Assembly: GCA_977020255.1 (NCBI GenBank)
Contig: CDROCS010004896.1
Location: 1 to 64,000 of the forward strand
DNA: 64,000 nucleotides
Direction: 5' to 3'
DNA from: Obrimoposthia wandeli
Taxonomy: Eukaryota
This document shows, one piece after another, positions 29,346-41,798 of this stretch; the stretch's first letter is position 1; every line of letters begins with the position of its first letter. The notes under the pieces were generated by a model. The model did not search any database. It saw nothing but the letters and a program-made list of their open reading frames with translations, and was not told where the DNA came from. The translations under genes were made by a program, and so were the position numbers.

Positions 29346-29966
29346 TTATTTAGAGTAAAGTTCCACAATTAGGTTTTCGTTGATCTCTGCTGGTAAATCA
29401 GCGCGCTCAGGAACAGATTTAAATGTTCCTTCCATCTTAGTAGCGTTCGCGTCGATCCAAGAAGAATCTCCACGATTACCAGCAAGAGCAAGTGCACTTT
29501 TAATGCGATCTTGGTTCTTTGCTTTTTCACGAACAGCGACAACGTCACCGCTTTTAACCATGAAAGAAGCAACGTTAACGACAGTGCCGTTAACAGTGAT
29601 CGACTTATGTGATACCAACTGACGAGATTCTGCACGAGTTGAACCAAAGCCCATACGATAAACAACGTTATCTAGACGAGATTCAAGCAACTGAAGCAGG
29701 TTTTCACCTGTAGCGCCTTTACGACGTGCAGCTTCTTTATAATATCCGCGGAATTGCTTTTCAAGAACACCGTATAAACGACGAACTTTCTGCTTTTCAC
29801 GCAATTGTAGACCGTAGTCGGATAAACGACCACGACCAGCGCCGTGTACGCCAGGCTTTGTTTCTAGCTTACACTTAGAGTCTAAAGCGCGAACGCCGCT
29901 CTTAAGGAATAAGTCAGTGCCTTCGCGACGAGACAGTTTACATTTAGGACCAATATAACGTGCCAC
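29346..29966 (-). CDS. rpsD: 30S ribosomal protein S4
   Basis: [27 protein letters not shown]. Confidence 0.99.
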   Translation of the reverse strand: MARYIGPKCKLSRREGTDLFLKSGVRALDSKCKLETKPGVHGAGRGRLSDYGLQLREKQKVRRLYGVLEKQFRGYYKEAARRKGATGENLLQLLESRLDNVVYRMGFGSTRAESRQLVSHKSITVNGTVVNVASFMVKSGDVVAVREKAKNQDRIKSALALAGNRGDSSWIDANATKMEGTFKSVPERADLPAEINENLIVELYSK

Positions 29967-29978
29967 TATTCTGTCTCC

Positions 29979-30371
29979 TTATACACGACGTTTCTTAGGC
30001 GGACGACAACCATTATGAGGGATCGGCGTCACGTCTGTGATGTTGTTAATCTTGTAACCACATGCATTTAATGCACGTACCGCAGATTCACGACCAGGAC
30101 CAGGACCCTTGACTTCAACATCAAGATTTTTAAGACCATATTCCTTTGCAGCTTCACCAGCTCGTTCTGCAGCAACCTGCGCAGCGAACGGTGTGCTCTT
30201 ACGTGAACCACGGAAACCAGATCCACCTGCAGTTGCCCATGAAAGAGCATTACCTTGGCGATCGGTTAACGTTACAATCGTATTGTTAAAAGAGGCATGA
30301 ATGTGGGCGATACCGTCCGCAACCTGCTTTTTAACTTTCTTCTTAGTACGAGAATTTCCTGGCTTAGCCAT
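29979..30371 (-). CDS. rpsK: 30S ribosomal protein S11
   Basis: [31 protein letters not shown]. Confidence 0.99.
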   Translation of the reverse strand: MAKPGNSRTKKKVKKQVADGIAHIHASFNNTIVTLTDRQGNALSWATAGGSGFRGSRKSTPFAAQVAAERAGEAAKEYGLKNLDVEVKGPGPGRESAVRALNACGYKINNITDVTPIPHNGCRPPKKRRV

Positions 30372-30449
30372 ATTCTAAATTCCTACTTTTAATATCAACA
30401 CTGCAACCTAAACAATGACAATGCAGCTACACTAAAAGCCAATCCGTAA

Positions 30450-30806
30450 TTACTTACGGATTGGTTTACGAGGACCCTTACGAGTACGCGCATTTGTTTT
30501 AGTGCGTTGGCCACGAACTGGAAGACCGCGACGGTGGCGTATGCCACGGAAGCAACCCATGTCCATCAATCGCTTGATGTTCATTTGTTTTTCACGACGA
30601 AGATCACCTTCAACCGTCAATTGACCTACTTCATTACGAAGTTCATCAAGTTGGGCTTCAGATAGATCAGCAATTTTAATCGTTTCAGCAATTCCAGTAC
30701 TAGCACATAACTGCTTCGCGGTAGAACGACCTACGCCGAAAACGTAAGTCAGAGAGATAACCGCGTGCTTGTTATCAGGAATGTTGACACCGGCGATTCG
30801 GGCCAT
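30450..30806 (-). CDS. rpsM: 30S ribosomal protein S13
   Basis: [24 protein letters not shown]. Confidence 0.99.
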   Translation of the reverse strand: MARIAGVNIPDNKHAVISLTYVFGVGRSTAKQLCASTGIAETIKIADLSEAQLDELRNEVGQLTVEGDLRREKQMNIKRLMDMGCFRGIRHRRGLPVRGQRTKTNARTRKGPRKPIRK

Positions 30807-30845
30807 GTCTAACTCCAATCAGTTTTTGCTTATAAAGGGCGCAAG

Positions 30846-30874
30846 ATAATATATGCCACTTGCATAAAATGCAA
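30846..30874 (-). promoter_or_regulatory. sigma70 promoter of the alpha operon
   Basis: TTGCAT-17 bp-TATTAT followed by GC-rich discriminator CTTGCGCCC. Confidence 0.65.
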
Positions 30875-30914
30875 GCAACATATTCTTAAACGCCACCAAA
30901 GGTCAAGACTATTA

Positions 30915-31031
30915 TTAGCCTTGACGTTGTTTATGCTTAGGATCTGAAGTACAGATCACTCGCACACTACCGTTACGACGAATCGTCTTACAATTACGGC
31001 AGATTTTTTTTACAGAAGCACGTACTTTCAT
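30915..31031 (-). CDS. rpmJ: 50S ribosomal protein L36 (zinc-ribbon form); absent from the ORF track
   Basis: Manual translation: [38 protein letters not shown]. Confidence 0.97.
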   Translation of the reverse strand: MKVRASVKKICRNCKTIRRNGSVRVICTSDPKHKQRQG

Positions 31032-31056
31032 GACGATCTCCTATCAAGTCAGTCTA

Positions 31057-32385
31057 CTAGCGCGGAACGCTACCAGAACCGAAATTCTTTAAATTTGATT
31101 TCTTCATCACTGACTCATACTGATGTGACATCAAATGCGATTGCACCTGGGACATAAAGTCCATCACTACCACTACAACAATCAATAACGAAGTACCACC
31201 GAAATAGAAGGGTACATCAGCCAAGACGACAAGCATCTGTGGCATCAAGCACACTGCTGCGATATATAAGGAGCCGAACAATGTCAACTTACCTAATACA
31301 CCATCAATATAGTTAGCAGTTTGTATTCCCGGACGAATCCCTGGAATAAAAGCACCAGACTTCTTCAAATTTTCAGCCACATCTTTCGGGTTAAACATTA
31401 ACGCCGTATAGAAGTAGCAGAAGAAGATGATACCCGCTGCAAACAGTACGATATATAGCGGTTGACTAGGTCCTAACGCTAAAGATACATCCTGCAACCA
31501 CTCCATCCCTTCGCTCTGACCAAACCACTGGCCGATTGAAGCGGGGAATAATAACAGACTTGATGCAAAAATAGCAGGAATAACACCAGCCATATTCAAT
31601 TTCAATGGTAAATGGCTTGTCTGTGCTGCAAACACTTTGCGGCCTTGCTGGCGCTTAGCGTAATTAATCGTGATGCGACGCTGTCCTCGTTCAACGAAAA
31701 CAACAAATCCAACAATCATAACTGCCACGATCCCAACTGCTAACAACACAAGGATGTTTAAGTCCCCTTGACGTGCTGATTCGAAGCTTTGACCAATTGC
31801 GCCAGGCAAGCCTGCAACGATACCCGCGAAAATCAGTATAGAGATGCCGTTACCAATGCCACGTTCGGTGATTTGTTCACCCAACCACATCAAGAAGACT
31901 GCACCACATACGAAAGACGGAATAGCTCCCAGATAGAAGTCCATGCCAGAGCTAAAGGTAATACCTTGACCCGCAAGACCGACTGACACACCAGTTGCCT
32001 GGATAGTAGCCAACAATACCGTGCCGTAGCGCGTATATTGCGTAATCTTACGGCGACCAGCTTCACCTTCTTTCTTCAGCTGTTCTAGCTGGGGGCTCAC
32101 TGCCGTTAGCAATTGCATAATAATAGAAGCAGAAATGTAAGGCATGATGCCAAGCGCAAGAATACTCATGCGCTCTAATGCACCACCCGAAAACATATTA
32201 AACATACTCAAGATCGTGCCTTGATTCTGTTCAAACATCTGCGCTAATTGATCAGGGTTAATTCCTGGTACAGGAATATGTGCCCCAATTCGATATACGA
32301 TAATCGCTAAGAATACAAAACGGATCCGAGCCCATAGCTCGGTTAATCCACTTTGCATGCCTTGCGGTAGTGAGCCTTTAGCCAT
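31057..32385 (-). CDS. secY: preprotein translocase SecY
   Basis: [35 protein letters not shown]. Confidence 0.99.
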   Translation of the reverse strand: MAKGSLPQGMQSGLTELWARIRFVFLAIIVYRIGAHIPVPGINPDQLAQMFEQNQGTILSMFNMFSGGALERMSILALGIMPYISASIIMQLLTAVSPQLEQLKKEGEAGRRKITQYTRYGTVLLATIQATGVSVGLAGQGITFSSGMDFYLGAIPSFVCGAVFLMWLGEQITERGIGNGISILIFAGIVAGLPGAIGQSFESARQGDLNILVLLAVGIVAVMIVGFVVFVERGQRRITINYAKRQQGRKVFAAQTSHLPLKLNMAGVIPAIFASSLLLFPASIGQWFGQSEGMEWLQDVSLALGPSQPLYIVLFAAGIIFFCYFYTALMFNPKDVAENLKKSGAFIPGIRPGIQTANYIDGVLGKLTLFGSLYIAAVCLMPQMLVVLADVPFYFGGTSLLIVVVVVMDFMSQVQSHLMSHQYESVMKKSNLKNFGSGSVPR

Positions 32386-32820
32386 TTAGTCCTCGATCTT
32401 CCCACCGGCAGCTTCAATAGCCGCCTGAGCACCTTTAGTTACTTTCAAACCTTTGATAGTAACCGCTTGTTTGATTTCACCGGATAAAATTACGCGAGCA
32501 CGCTTAATTTTATCACCAATGATATCTGCAGCTTTAAGAGCCGCTAAATCTACGATGTCGCCGTCTACTTTAGTAAGTTCGTTCAAACGAACTTCTGCAG
32601 TATATTGAGCTTTACGCGAAGTAAAACCAAACTTTGGCAAGCGACGTTGCAAAGGCATTTGACCACCTTCGAAACCAGGGGCAACATTACCACCTGAACG
32701 TGACTTTTGTCCTTTATGGCCACGGCCACAAGTCTTACCAAGACCTGAACCGATACCACGACCTACACGCTTACGTGCAGTTTTAGCACCTTTAGCAGGG
32801 CTGAGTTCATTAAGACGCAT
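32386..32820 (-). CDS. rplO: 50S ribosomal protein L15
   Basis: [17 protein letters not shown]. Confidence 0.99.
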   Translation of the reverse strand: MRLNELSPAKGAKTARKRVGRGIGSGLGKTCGRGHKGQKSRSGGNVAPGFEGGQMPLQRRLPKFGFTSRKAQYTAEVRLNELTKVDGDIVDLAALKAADIIGDKIKRARVILSGEIKQAVTIKGLKVTKGAQAAIEAAGGKIED

Positions 32821-32824
32821 CTTA

Positions 32825-33007
32825 TTATCCCTCTACCTTAAGCATGTATTGAACCTTGTTGATCATGCCACGTACTGACGGAGTATCTTCCAACTCTACA
32901 GTGTGACCGATCTTACGAAGGCCTAGACCTTTAATAGTTGCACGATGCTTCGGCAATTTGCCGATTGAGCTACGCAATTGTGTAACCTTAACAGTTTTCT
33001 TAGCCAT
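32825..33007 (-). CDS. rpmD: 50S ribosomal protein L30
   Basis: [23 protein letters not shown]. Confidence 0.98.
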   Translation of the reverse strand: MAKKTVKVTQLRSSIGKLPKHRATIKGLGLRKIGHTVELEDTPSVRGMINKVQYMLKVEG

Positions 33008-33013
33008 GATGCC

Positions 33014-33523
33014 TTACCCCAGAATATCTTCTACGGATTTACCACGCTTGGCTGCAATCTGTTCAGGTGACTTCATTTGATTCAAGCCATTGAAAGTTGC
33101 ACGAACAACGTTAACTGGGTTTGTAGACCCGTAACATTTTGCCAATACGTTTTTAACACCACACATTTCTAAAACTGCACGCATTGCACCACCGGCAATA
33201 ATACCAGTACCTTCTGATGCTGGCTGCATGTAAACCTTAGAACCGCCGTGGCGTGCTTTTATCGGATACTGCAAAGTCGTACCATCCAGTTCAACCTGGA
33301 TGATATTACGCTTAGCTGAATCCATTGCTTTTTGGATTGCAGTAGGCACTTCACGTGCTTTTCCGCGTCCAAAACCAACTTTACCATTTCCGTCGCCAAC
33401 TACAGTCAAAGCAGTGAAGCCGAATATACGACCACCTTTTACTACTTTTGCAACACGGTTCACTTGAACCAGTTTTTCCTGCAGATCACTTTCGTTACGC
33501 TCTACGCGTTCATTATTTGCCAT
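33014..33523 (-). CDS. rpsE: 30S ribosomal protein S5
   Basis: [12 protein letters not shown]. Confidence 0.99.
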   Translation of the reverse strand: MANNERVERNESDLQEKLVQVNRVAKVVKGGRIFGFTALTVVGDGNGKVGFGRGKAREVPTAIQKAMDSAKRNIIQVELDGTTLQYPIKARHGGSKVYMQPASEGTGIIAGGAMRAVLEMCGVKNVLAKCYGSTNPVNVVRATFNGLNQMKSPEQIAAKRGKSVEDILG

Positions 33524-33535
33524 TGTTCCTACCCC

Positions 33536-33886
33536 TTAGAATTCCAAGCCGCCCAAACGGGCTGCATCAGCCAGGGCCTTAACACGACCATGGTATTGGA
33601 AACCAGAACGGTCGAATGCAACCTTAGTGACACCAGCAGCTTTAGCGCGCTCAGCAATTAGCTGACCAACTTTAGTTGCCGCTTCGACGTTACCAGTAGT
33701 AGTTGCACGCAGATCTGCTTCAACAGTAGAGGCTGTAGCTAACACTTCAGCACCACTGGAAGAAAGAATCTGAGCATAAATGTGTCTGGGTGTACGATTT
33801 ACACACAGACGTACTGTACCCTTCTCGCGAATACGCATACGAGTTTTACGGGCACGGCGTAAACGAGCTGTTTTCTTCTCATTCAT
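33536..33886 (-). CDS. rplR: 50S ribosomal protein L18
   Basis: [20 protein letters not shown]. Confidence 0.99.
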   Translation of the reverse strand: MNEKKTARLRRARKTRMRIREKGTVRLCVNRTPRHIYAQILSSSGAEVLATASTVEADLRATTTGNVEAATKVGQLIAERAKAAGVTKVAFDRSGFQYHGRVKALADAARLGGLEF

Positions 33887-33897
33887 GAGCCTAGACC

Positions 33898-34431
33898 TTA
33901 TTTCTTCTTAGCTTCTTTGCGACGCACGTTTTCGTCAGCATATCGAACACCTTTACCTTTATAAGGCTCTGGCGGACGGTATCCACGAATTTCTGCGGCT
34001 ACTTGACCAACCTGTTGCTTATCAGCACCAGAAATAACAATCTCAGTTTGAGATGGTACTTCAACGGTAACGCCTTCTGGTAACTCATAATCCACTGGAT
34101 GTGAGAAACCTAAGCTAAGGTTGACGACTTTTCCTGAAGTTTTGGCACGATAACCAACGCCCTGAAGAATTAGCTTCTTCTGGTAGCCTTGAGTTACGCC
34201 AATAACCATATTGTTCACTAAAGAACGGAAAGTACCAGCCATAGCCATGGCCGCTTTATCACCGTTCTTCGGAGCGAAAACAATATTGTTTTCTTCTTGT
34301 TTAATTTCTACAGATGAATGGATATTCAACTCTAGAGTGCCCTTACCGCCTTTAATAGCGATTGTGGACTCAGCGAGTGTTACTTCAACACCAGCCGGAA
34401 TAGCTACAGGAGCTTTTGCAATACGTGACAT
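33898..34431 (-). CDS. rplF: 50S ribosomal protein L6
   Basis: [16 protein letters not shown]. Confidence 0.99.
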   Translation of the reverse strand: MSRIAKAPVAIPAGVEVTLAESTIAIKGGKGTLELNIHSSVEIKQEENNIVFAPKNGDKAAMAMAGTFRSLVNNMVIGVTQGYQKKLILQGVGYRAKTSGKVVNLSLGFSHPVDYELPEGVTVEVPSQTEIVISGADKQQVGQVAAEIRGYRPPEPYKGKGVRYADENVRRKEAKKK

Positions 34432-34442
34432 TGTAAATCTCC

Positions 34443-34835
34443 TTAGAAAACAGTAGCAATAACTTCGCCGCCAATGCCTTGAGCACGAGCTGCACGATCA
34501 GTCATTACACCTTTCGAAGTGGATACAATGGCAACACCAAGACCAGCTTCTACTTTTGGTAGCTTAACTGTGCCTTTGTATTGACGCAAACCAGGACGAC
34601 TAACACGCTTGATAGTCTCAATTACTGGCTTACCTTCGTAGTACTTAAGGTCTATATTTAGGCTTGGTTTAACTTCGCCTTCAACTGCAAACGCAGTGAT
34701 ATAACCTTCATCTTGTAGCAACTGGGCTACAGATACTTTTAACTTAGAAGACGGCATACTCACATTCGCATGACCAGCCAATTGGCCGTTACGAATACGA
34801 GTAAGCATGTCCGCTAAGGGATCTTGCATACTCAT
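34443..34835 (-). CDS. rpsH: 30S ribosomal protein S8
   Basis: [23 protein letters not shown]. Confidence 0.99.
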   Translation of the reverse strand: MSMQDPLADMLTRIRNGQLAGHANVSMPSSKLKVSVAQLLQDEGYITAFAVEGEVKPSLNIDLKYYEGKPVIETIKRVSRPGLRQYKGTVKLPKVEAGLGVAIVSTSKGVMTDRAARAQGIGGEVIATVF

Positions 34836-34919
34836 TTGTCTTTCCTCTGTTGTACAGCGCCCTAGATAGTGAAAGAAAGAGTGCCATTACAGCACTCTTT
34901 TCTCACTAGCCGGAATTGC

Positions 34920-35225
34920 TTACCAACTAGCTTTTTTCAGGCCAGGAACGTTACCTTTCATGCCTTCTTCACGTAATTTAATACGGGAAAGCTTGAATTT
35001 ACGGTATACGCCATGTGGACGACCTGTGATTTGGCAGCGGTTACGTAAACGGCTCTTTGAAGAGTCACGTGGAAGCTTTTGCAATTGAATTTGCGCGCTC
35101 CAACGTTCTTCGTCAGAAGAATTAACGTTTAAGATAATCGCCTTCAGTGCAGCGCGTTTCTCAGCGTATTTAGCAACAAGTTGCTCACGCTTTGCTTCAC
35201 GCTGTTTCATACTGATCTTAGCCAT
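34920..35225 (-). CDS. rpsN: 30S ribosomal protein S14
   Basis: [12 protein letters not shown]. Confidence 0.99.
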   Translation of the reverse strand: MAKISMKQREAKREQLVAKYAEKRAALKAIILNVNSSDEERWSAQIQLQKLPRDSSKSRLRNRCQITGRPHGVYRKFKLSRIKLREEGMKGNVPGLKKASW

Positions 35226-35235
35226 GAGACCTCCG

Positions 35236-35775
35236 TTAGTTACGGAACGGGAAGTTCAATGCTTTCAATAAAGCATGACCTTCTTCGTTCGTATTAGCTG
35301 TAGTAGTGATAGTGATATCCATACCGCGAATCTTATCGACTTTGTCGTATTCGATTTCTGGAAAGATAATCTGTTCTTTCACGCCCATGCTGTAGTTACC
35401 ACGGCCGTCGAATGATTTACCATTCAAGCCGCGGAAATCACGTACGCGAGGTAGAGAGATGTCGATTAGACGATCTAAAAACTCCCACATACGATCTGCA
35501 CGCATAGTTACTTTACAGCCAATCGGGTAGCCATCACGTACTTTAAAGCTTGCTACGGACTTACGAGCCACTGTAACAACAGCTTTCTGACCTGACATTG
35601 CTTCCATATCAGTAACGGCATTATCAAGAAGTTTTTTATCGCCTAACGCTTCACCAACACCCATATTCAAGGTGATTTTGGTAACGCGCGGCACTTCCAT
35701 AACGTTTTTGTAACCAAACTCTTCAGTCAACTTGGCTACAACATCTGATTTGTACAGTTCTTTCAAACGTGACAT
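35236..35775 (-). CDS. rplE: 50S ribosomal protein L5
   Basis: [25 protein letters not shown]. Confidence 0.99.
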   Translation of the reverse strand: MSRLKELYKSDVVAKLTEEFGYKNVMEVPRVTKITLNMGVGEALGDKKLLDNAVTDMEAMSGQKAVVTVARKSVASFKVRDGYPIGCKVTMRADRMWEFLDRLIDISLPRVRDFRGLNGKSFDGRGNYSMGVKEQIIFPEIEYDKVDKIRGMDITITTTANTNEEGHALLKALNFPFRN

Positions 35776-35795
35776 ATCTGTTTCTCCTAGTTGCT

Positions 35796-36107
35796 TTAAG
35801 CGATTACTTCGCCGGTTGATTTGAAAACACGCACTTTAGTCTCGCCTTCAACTTTAAAGCCAACACGGTCGGCTTTTTCAGTCTTAGGGTTCCAGATTGC
35901 AACGTTAGAAACTTGAATTCCAGCTTCTTTTTCAACGATGCCGCCTGGTTGCTGCTGTTGCGGGTTAGGCTTTTGGTGTTTTTTCACCATATTAATGCCG
36001 CTAATGATAACACGATTGTCGGCAAGTACTTTAACTACTTTGCCTCGTTTACCATTATCTTTGCCGGCAATAACGATTACTTCGTCATCTCTACGAATTT
36101 TTAACAT
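35796..36107 (-). CDS. rplX: 50S ribosomal protein L24
   Basis: [15 protein letters not shown]. Confidence 0.99.
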   Translation of the reverse strand: MLKIRRDDEVIVIAGKDNGKRGKVVKVLADNRVIISGINMVKKHQKPNPQQQQPGGIVEKEAGIQVSNVAIWNPKTEKADRVGFKVEGETKVRVFKSTGEVIA

Positions 36108-36120
36108 GCTATCTCTACCC

Positions 36121-36489
36121 CTATAACACTTCTGGTGCTAGGGAAATGATCTTCATAAACTTCTCAGAACGAAGCTCACGAGTCACTGGCCCAAAAATAC
36201 GGGTACCGATAGGTGCGTCTGAAGCATTTAACAATACTGCAGAATTCGTATCAAAACGGATGATTGAACCATCCGGACGACGAACACCTTTACGTGTACG
36301 AACAACAACAGCTGTAAGTACTTGACCCTTCTTAACTTTACCGCGTGGAATTGCTTCCTTAACGGATACTTTTATAAGGTCGCCGATACGGGCATAGCGA
36401 CGGTGTGAACCGCCCAAAACCTTAATACACATTACACGTTTGGCGCCGCTGTTATCAGCAACATCCAGCATTGATTGTGTTTGGATCAT
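36121..36489 (-). CDS. rplN: 50S ribosomal protein L14
   Basis: [16 protein letters not shown]. Confidence 0.99.
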   Translation of the reverse strand: MIQTQSMLDVADNSGAKRVMCIKVLGGSHRRYARIGDLIKVSVKEAIPRGKVKKGQVLTAVVVRTRKGVRRPDGSIIRFDTNSAVLLNASDAPIGTRIFGPVTRELRSEKFMKIISLAPEVL

Positions 36490-36512
36490 GCCATTTGCTC
36501 CTAGTAACTGCG

Positions 36513-36776
36513 CTAAACCTTAACGGCGCGCTCATCAACAGTAACCAACGTCCAAGTCTTTGTTTTAGACAATGGACGAGATTCCTTAACAGTAACCACG
36601 TCACCAATTTGGCATTCGTTGTTCGCGTCGTGTGCGTGTACTTTCGTAGAACGCTTCACGAATTTCTTATAGATCGGGTGCTGAACACGACGCTCTATAA
36701 GAACAGTGATGGTTTGATCCATCTTATCGCTTACAACCTTACCAGTAAGGGTGCGTGCAGTAGTTTGTTCACTCAT
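36513..36776 (-). CDS. rpsQ: 30S ribosomal protein S17
   Basis: [20 protein letters not shown]. Confidence 0.99.
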   Translation of the reverse strand: MSEQTTARTLTGKVVSDKMDQTITVLIERRVQHPIYKKFVKRSTKVHAHDANNECQIGDVVTVKESRPLSKTKTWTLVTVDERAVKV

Positions 36777-36778
36777 GA

Positions 36779-36970
36779 TTATTCACCTGCCTTCTGAGCC
36801 AGCACGGTTTTTACGCGAGCTATGTTACGACGCGTCAGCTTGATTAGATGAGATTGACCCAACTGACCAGTAGACTTCTGCATGCGCAACTTAAATTGAT
36901 CGCTCAACAACTCTTCGAGCTGAGTTTGCAACTCAGCTACTGACTTATCTTTTAATTCGATCGCCTTCAT
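36779..36970 (-). CDS. rpmC: 50S ribosomal protein L29
   Basis: [21 protein letters not shown]. Confidence 0.98.
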   Translation of the reverse strand: MKAIELKDKSVAELQTQLEELLSDQFKLRMQKSTGQLGQSHLIKLTRRNIARVKTVLAQKAGE

Positions 36971-37380
36971 CACATCACCGTCCTTTTAACGAATGTTGTA
37001 GCAATAGGCAATTTAGCCGCAGCAAGATCGAACGCTTCACGAGCTAATTCTTCACTTACACCTTCCATTTCGTATAAAACACGACCTGGTTGGATCTGGC
37101 ATACCCAGTATTCTACGTTACCCTTACCCTTACCTTGACGAACCTCAAGAGGTTTGCTGGTAATAGGCTTATCAGGAAAAATGCGAATCCAGATTTTCCC
37201 GCCACGCTTGACTTTACGTGTCATTGCACGACGCGCAGCCTCGATTTGACGAGCTGTAATGCGACCTCGGCCAGTAGCCTTAAGGCCATACTCACCGAAG
37301 CTCACTTTACTTCCGCGAGCTAGGCCACGATTGCGGCCCTTCATCATTTTGCGGAACTTTGTACGTTTTGGCATCAACAT
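36970..37380 (-). CDS. rplP: 50S ribosomal protein L16
   Basis: [22 protein letters not shown]. Confidence 0.99.
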   Translation of the reverse strand: MLMPKRTKFRKMMKGRNRGLARGSKVSFGEYGLKATGRGRITARQIEAARRAMTRKVKRGGKIWIRIFPDKPITSKPLEVRQGKGKGNVEYWVCQIQPGRVLYEMEGVSEELAREAFDLAAAKLPIATTFVKRTVM

Positions 37381-37392
37381 GGTTAAAAACCC

Positions 37393-38082
37393 CTATGAAC
37401 GGCCGCCTTTCTTTTTGCCTTGGTTTTTAGCACGGTTTCGAACTTCTTCGATACCACCCAAGACTTCACCTTTGAAGATCCATACTTTCACGCCGATAAC
37501 GCCGTAAGTAGTATGTGCTTCGCAAGTACCATAATCGATATCCGCACGTAGTGTGTGCAAAGGAACGCGTCCTTCACGATACCACTCTGAACGAGCGATT
37601 TCAGCACCACCAAGACGGCCACCAACTTGAATCTTAATGCCTTCAGCACCGCCGCGCATAGCATTCTGAACGGCGCGCTTCATAGCACGACGGAACATAA
37701 TACGACGCTCGAGCTGGCTAGCAACGCTTTGCGCTACTAATTTAGCATCAAGATCTGGCTTGCGGATCTCTTCAATATTGATGTGTACCGGAATACCCAT
37801 CATATCAGTGATTTCTTTGCGTAGCTTCTCGACGTCTTCGCCTTTCTTACCAATCACAATACCTGGACGGGCAGTGTGAATAGTAACTTTCGCATTCTGC
37901 GAAGGACGTTCGATAACTACCTTGCTCACTGATGCTTTAACAAGACGCTTCTCAATGTGAGTACGCACTTGAATATCAGTTAGCAAATTATCTGCATATT
38001 TGTCGCTACCAGCATACCAAACACTATTATGGTCTTTGGTAATACCGAGACGAATACCAGTAGGATGTACTTTCTGACCCAT
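37393..38082 (-). CDS. rpsC: 30S ribosomal protein S3
   Basis: [23 protein letters not shown]. Confidence 0.99.
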   Translation of the reverse strand: MGQKVHPTGIRLGITKDHNSVWYAGSDKYADNLLTDIQVRTHIEKRLVKASVSKVVIERPSQNAKVTIHTARPGIVIGKKGEDVEKLRKEITDMMGIPVHINIEEIRKPDLDAKLVAQSVASQLERRIMFRRAMKRAVQNAMRGGAEGIKIQVGGRLGGAEIARSEWYREGRVPLHTLRADIDYGTCEAHTTYGVIGVKVWIFKGEVLGGIEEVRNRAKNQGKKKGGRS

Positions 38083-38092
38083 CTTCGACTCC

Positions 38093-38428
38093 CTATTTCT
38101 CAGACACTTTAATAGTGATGTGGCAAGAACGCTTCAAGATACGATCAGCACGACCCTTGGCACGCGGACGAATGCGTTTCATGGTAGTACCTTCGTCAAC
38201 GAAGATTGTTGATACATTCAACTCATCCACGTCAGCGCCTTCATTATGCTCGGCGTTAGCGATGGCAGATTCTAATACCTTCTTCATCAAGTCAGCACCC
38301 TTTTTAGGGCTAAACTCAAGAATAGTTAACGCTTCAGAAACATTTTTTCCGCGGATTTGATCCGCAACTAGACGTGCCTTTTGGGCAGACAGTTGAGCTC
38401 CACGTAATATAGCGGCTACTTCAGACAT
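38093..38428 (-). CDS. rplV: 50S ribosomal protein L22
   Basis: [16 protein letters not shown]; start set at MSEVAA. Confidence 0.98.
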   Translation of the reverse strand: MSEVAAILRGAQLSAQKARLVADQIRGKNVSEALTILEFSPKKGADLMKKVLESAIANAEHNEGADVDELNVSTIFVDEGTTMKRIRPRAKGRADRILKRSCHITIKVSEK

Positions 38429-38444
38429 ACAATTAACCCCTTTA

Positions 38445-38720
38445 TTAACGTTTAGCTTTCTTATCTGCAACATGACCTTTATAGGTACGTGTTACAGAAA
38501 ATTCGCCTAGTTTATGTCCAACCATGTCTTCAGTTACGAAAACAGGCACGTGTTGACGGCCGTTATGAACGGCAATGGTCAGTCCTACGAACTCCGGAAA
38601 GATCGTAGAGCGTCGAGACCAGGTTTTAATCGGACGTTTTTCGCCCGATTCTAACGCTGTCTCTACCTTTGTCATCAAGTGGTGGTCTATAAAAGGACCT
38701 TTTTTTAATGAACGTGGCAC
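38445..38720 (-). CDS. rpsS: 30S ribosomal protein S19
   Basis: [17 protein letters not shown]; GTG start. Confidence 0.99.
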   Translation of the reverse strand: MPRSLKKGPFIDHHLMTKVETALESGEKRPIKTWSRRSTIFPEFVGLTIAVHNGRQHVPVFVTEDMVGHKLGEFSVTRTYKGHVADKKAKR

Positions 38721-38740
38721 AGCTCAATCCTCTTTTAAAT

Positions 38741-39568
38741 TTACTTCGCGGAACGACGACGTACGATAAGTTTATCAGTACGTTTGTTCGAACGAGTCTT
38801 ATAACCCTTGGTAGGCATGCCCCACGGAGATACTGGGTGACGACCACCCGATGTACGACCTTCACCACCACCATGTGGGTGATCAACTGGGTTCATAACA
38901 ACACCACGAACCGTTGGACGTACGCCTCTCCAGCGTGAAGCACCTGCTTTACCAAGCTGGCGCAAGCTGTGTTCGCTATTCCCTACTTCACCTAATGTAG
39001 CGCGACATTCGGATAATACTTTACGCATTTCTCCAGAACGTAGACGCAAGGTGCAGTAAGTACCTTCACGAGCAACAAGCTGAGCAGATGTTCCAGCAGA
39101 ACGAGCGATTTGAGCACCTTTACCAGGCTTCATTTCGATGCAGTGTATAACACTACCTACTGGAACGTTACGCAGTGGCATAGAACTACCTATTTTAATA
39201 GGAGCATCTTCACCAGAACGTACTTCATCACCTGCTGAAAGACCTTTAGGAGCGATAATGTAGCGGCGCTCACCGTCTAGGTACTTCAACAATGCAATGT
39301 TAGCACTGCGATTTGGATCATACTCTAAACGCTCAACAACAGCTGGAATGCCATCTTTGTTACGTTTAAAGTCAACCATACGGTAGTGTTGCTTATGACC
39401 ACCACCAATATGACGAGTAGTAATTCGACCGTTATTGTTACGACCGCCACTCTTGCTTTTCTTCTCTAGCAAACCAGCGAATGGCTTACCTTTGTGAAGC
39501 TCAGCGTTTACAACCTTAACCAGATGACGACGGCCAGCTGAAGTCGGTTTAGTTTTTACTAATGCCAT
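38741..39568 (-). CDS. rplB: 50S ribosomal protein L2
   Basis: [21 protein letters not shown]. Confidence 0.99.
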   Translation of the reverse strand: MALVKTKPTSAGRRHLVKVVNAELHKGKPFAGLLEKKSKSGGRNNNGRITTRHIGGGHKQHYRMVDFKRNKDGIPAVVERLEYDPNRSANIALLKYLDGERRYIIAPKGLSAGDEVRSGEDAPIKIGSSMPLRNVPVGSVIHCIEMKPGKGAQIARSAGTSAQLVAREGTYCTLRLRSGEMRKVLSECRATLGEVGNSEHSLRQLGKAGASRWRGVRPTVRGVVMNPVDHPHGGGEGRTSGGRHPVSPWGMPTKGYKTRSNKRTDKLIVRRRSAK

Positions 39569-39579
39569 TACCTTAGCTC

Positions 39580-39873
39580 CTATTCCGCGTCAGCGAAGTC
39601 AATGTCCTGACCGGCTGCAAGAGAAACATATGCTTTACGCACATCGTTACGCTTACCAATACCGCGTGCAGTACGCTTAGTTTTGCCTTTCTGATTCAAG
39701 ACCTGAACATTTTCAACTTTAACATTGAACAATGCTTCTACAGCTTTCTTGATTTCAGGCTTTGTAGCATCTGGTGCTACCACGAAGGTATATTGACCTT
39801 GCTCTGCGATAACTGTCGCTTTCTCAGAGATACGTGGGCCCATTAATACTTTATAGATACGTTCCTGGTTCAT
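39580..39873 (-). CDS. rplW: 50S ribosomal protein L23
   Basis: [16 protein letters not shown]. Confidence 0.99.
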   Translation of the reverse strand: MNQERIYKVLMGPRISEKATVIAEQGQYTFVVAPDATKPEIKKAVEALFNVKVENVQVLNQKGKTKRTARGIGKRNDVRKAYVSLAAGQDIDFADAE

Positions 39874-40472
39874 CCTAAGTTCTCCTCTAATTTCTTAAGA
39901 GCAGAGACTGTTACCAATACTTTATCAAAGGCAACTAGACTTACCGGATCAACTGCACCCGCTTCAGTAACTGCAACGTGTGGAACGTTACGAGAAGCTA
40001 AGTAAAGTTTTTCATCAAGATCTTCAGCGATGATAAGCACATTGCTTAACTGCAGCTCTGCCATCTTCGCAACGAAGTCTTTAGTCTTGTGAGAATCCAT
40101 AGTGAATTCTTCAGCAACAACTAAACGCTCTTGACGAACTAATTCAGAAAGAATGCTCTGCATCGCTGCGCGATACATCTTCTTGTTAACTTTTTGCTCG
40201 AAGCTACGTGGGCTAGCGGCGAATGTAACACCACCTTTGCGCCAGATAGGACCACGAGATGTACCAGCACGAGCTCGGCCAGTACCTTTTTGACGCCAAG
40301 GTTTAGCACCACCGCCGCTTACAGCTGCGCGGTTTTTCTGGGCTTTTGTACCTTGACGAGCAGTAGACAGGTATGCAGTAACAACCTGATGTACTAATGA
40401 TTCATTGTATTCGCGACCGAAAGCAACTTCGGAAACAGATACAGTGGCACCACTGTTTGTTGTCAGTTCCAT
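39870..40472 (-). CDS. rplD: 50S ribosomal protein L4
   Basis: [14 protein letters not shown]. Confidence 0.99.
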   Translation of the reverse strand: MELTTNSGATVSVSEVAFGREYNESLVHQVVTAYLSTARQGTKAQKNRAAVSGGGAKPWRQKGTGRARAGTSRGPIWRKGGVTFAASPRSFEQKVNKKMYRAAMQSILSELVRQERLVVAEEFTMDSHKTKDFVAKMAELQLSNVLIIAEDLDEKLYLASRNVPHVAVTEAGAVDPVSLVAFDKVLVTVSALKKLEENLG

Positions 40473-40482
40473 AGTTGTTCTC

Positions 40483-41115
40483 CTAGCGCTTAACTTTGAC
40501 AGCTGGTTTAACGATCAGATCACCGCCGGTAGCGCCGGGTACTGCACCTTTAACCAACAACAAACCGCGTTCAACATCAACACGAATGATCTCTAGATTT
40601 TGAGTAGTTACCTGCTCAGAACCCATGTGACCTGCCATTTTCTTACCTTTCCAAACACGACCAGGAGTTTGACACTGACCGATTGAACCAGGTGCACGGT
40701 GAGACAATGAGTTACCGTGTGTAGCATCTTGCATTTGGAAATTCCAACGCTTAACACCACCTTGAAAACCTTTACCTTTAGAGGTACCGGTTACATCTAC
40801 TTTCTGGCCGTCTTCAAAACGAGAAACAGTAAGCTCAGCGCCTACAGTAAACTCTTCTTCAGTACGAAACTCACAAAGACCACGACCTGCTTGAACACCC
40901 GCTTTAGCGAAGTGACCAGCTGCTGGCTTTGAAACGCGAGAAGCTTTCTTCTCACCATAAGTAACCTGAATAGCTTGATAGCCATCAGTTTCTTGAGTTT
41001 TAATCTGTGTAACTAATTGGGTCGGAACCTCAATTACTGTTACTGGGATAGCTTGACCATCCTCAGAAAAAACTCGGGTCATGCCAGCTTTCTTGCCGAC
41101 TAAACCTATAGTCAT
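40483..41115 (-). CDS. rplC: 50S ribosomal protein L3
   Basis: [24 protein letters not shown]. Confidence 0.99.
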   Translation of the reverse strand: MTIGLVGKKAGMTRVFSEDGQAIPVTVIEVPTQLVTQIKTQETDGYQAIQVTYGEKKASRVSKPAAGHFAKAGVQAGRGLCEFRTEEEFTVGAELTVSRFEDGQKVDVTGTSKGKGFQGGVKRWNFQMQDATHGNSLSHRAPGSIGQCQTPGRVWKGKKMAGHMGSEQVTTQNLEIIRVDVERGLLLVKGAVPGATGGDLIVKPAVKVKR

Positions 41116-41129
41116 AATACTTTCCTCTA

Positions 41130-41195
41130 GTGTACGGGGCTGATACCCGCTATGGCCGCTCCAAATCCGTCTTACGACTTCAGTGAGCGTTACAC
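41130..41195 (-). promoter_or_regulatory. candidate structured cis-regulatory RNA in the rpsJ-rplC spacer
   Basis: Nested pairings GUGUA/UACAC, CGCUC/GAGCG, GUC-GUAA-GAC and CGGGU-AUCA-GCCCCG, ending 2 nt before the rplC SD. Confidence 0.5.
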
Positions 41196-41238
41196 AAGAC
41201 CTGTGTCTGATTATTAATTAAACGGAATTGTTTAACTA

Positions 41239-41550
41239 TTAACCTAAGCTAATTTGAACTTCCACACCGGCAGCCAAATCAAGCTTCATTAACGCGTCAA
41301 CTGTCTTCTCAGTTGGCTCAACAATGTCAAGCATGCGCTTATGTGTACGGATTTCATACTGATCACGAGCGTCTTTGTTGACGTGTGGTGAAACCAATAC
41401 AGTAAAACGCTCTTTACGAGTAGGTAGTGGGATAGGACCACGAACCTGAGCGCCTGTACGTTTAGCAGTTTCAACAATTTCTTGAGTCGAAGAATCGATC
41501 AACAAATGGTCAAATGCTTTCAAACGGATACGGATACTTTGATTTTGCAT
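41239..41550 (-). CDS. rpsJ: 30S ribosomal protein S10
   Basis: [22 protein letters not shown]. Confidence 0.99.
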   Translation of the reverse strand: MQNQSIRIRLKAFDHLLIDSSTQEIVETAKRTGAQVRGPIPLPTRKERFTVLVSPHVNKDARDQYEIRTHKRMLDIVEPTEKTVDALMKLDLAAGVEVQISLG

Positions 41551-41610
41551 TCGTTCCAGTCTCCAATTAATGTTTATATGCAGCCGAACACCCTTCGAAA
41601 AGGGAGGCGA

Positions 41611-41639
41611 ATTGTATGCTTCTGATCAAAAAGTGTCAA
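41611..41639 (-). promoter_or_regulatory. sigma70 promoter of the S10 operon
   Basis: TTGACA-17 bp-TACAAT, GC-rich discriminator TCGCCTCCC. Confidence 0.8.
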
Positions 41640-41648
41640 GCGCACAAA

Positions 41649-41689
41649 AAGAAAGGCCCTCTTCCCAGCTTGGGAAGAGGGCCTTTCTT
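41649..41689 (-). terminator. terminator of the str operon (after tufA)
   Basis: Perfect 19-bp IR with 3-nt loop and T-rich tail on the minus strand. Confidence 0.8.
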
Positions 41690-41798
41690 GCTATAAAGCC
41701 CTAAATAATCAACAACTTACGCTTTTAAATTATTTTTGACTCATACCGAATAATGATTTCAAAATTCGGTATTGCCAGCACTGTAGCTAAAGCCGCTA

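Noticed and set aside
36490-36512. Missing spc promoter region between rpsQ and rplN
   Set aside because: A short spacer with continuous S10-spc transcription is common outside enterobacteria; not unusual.
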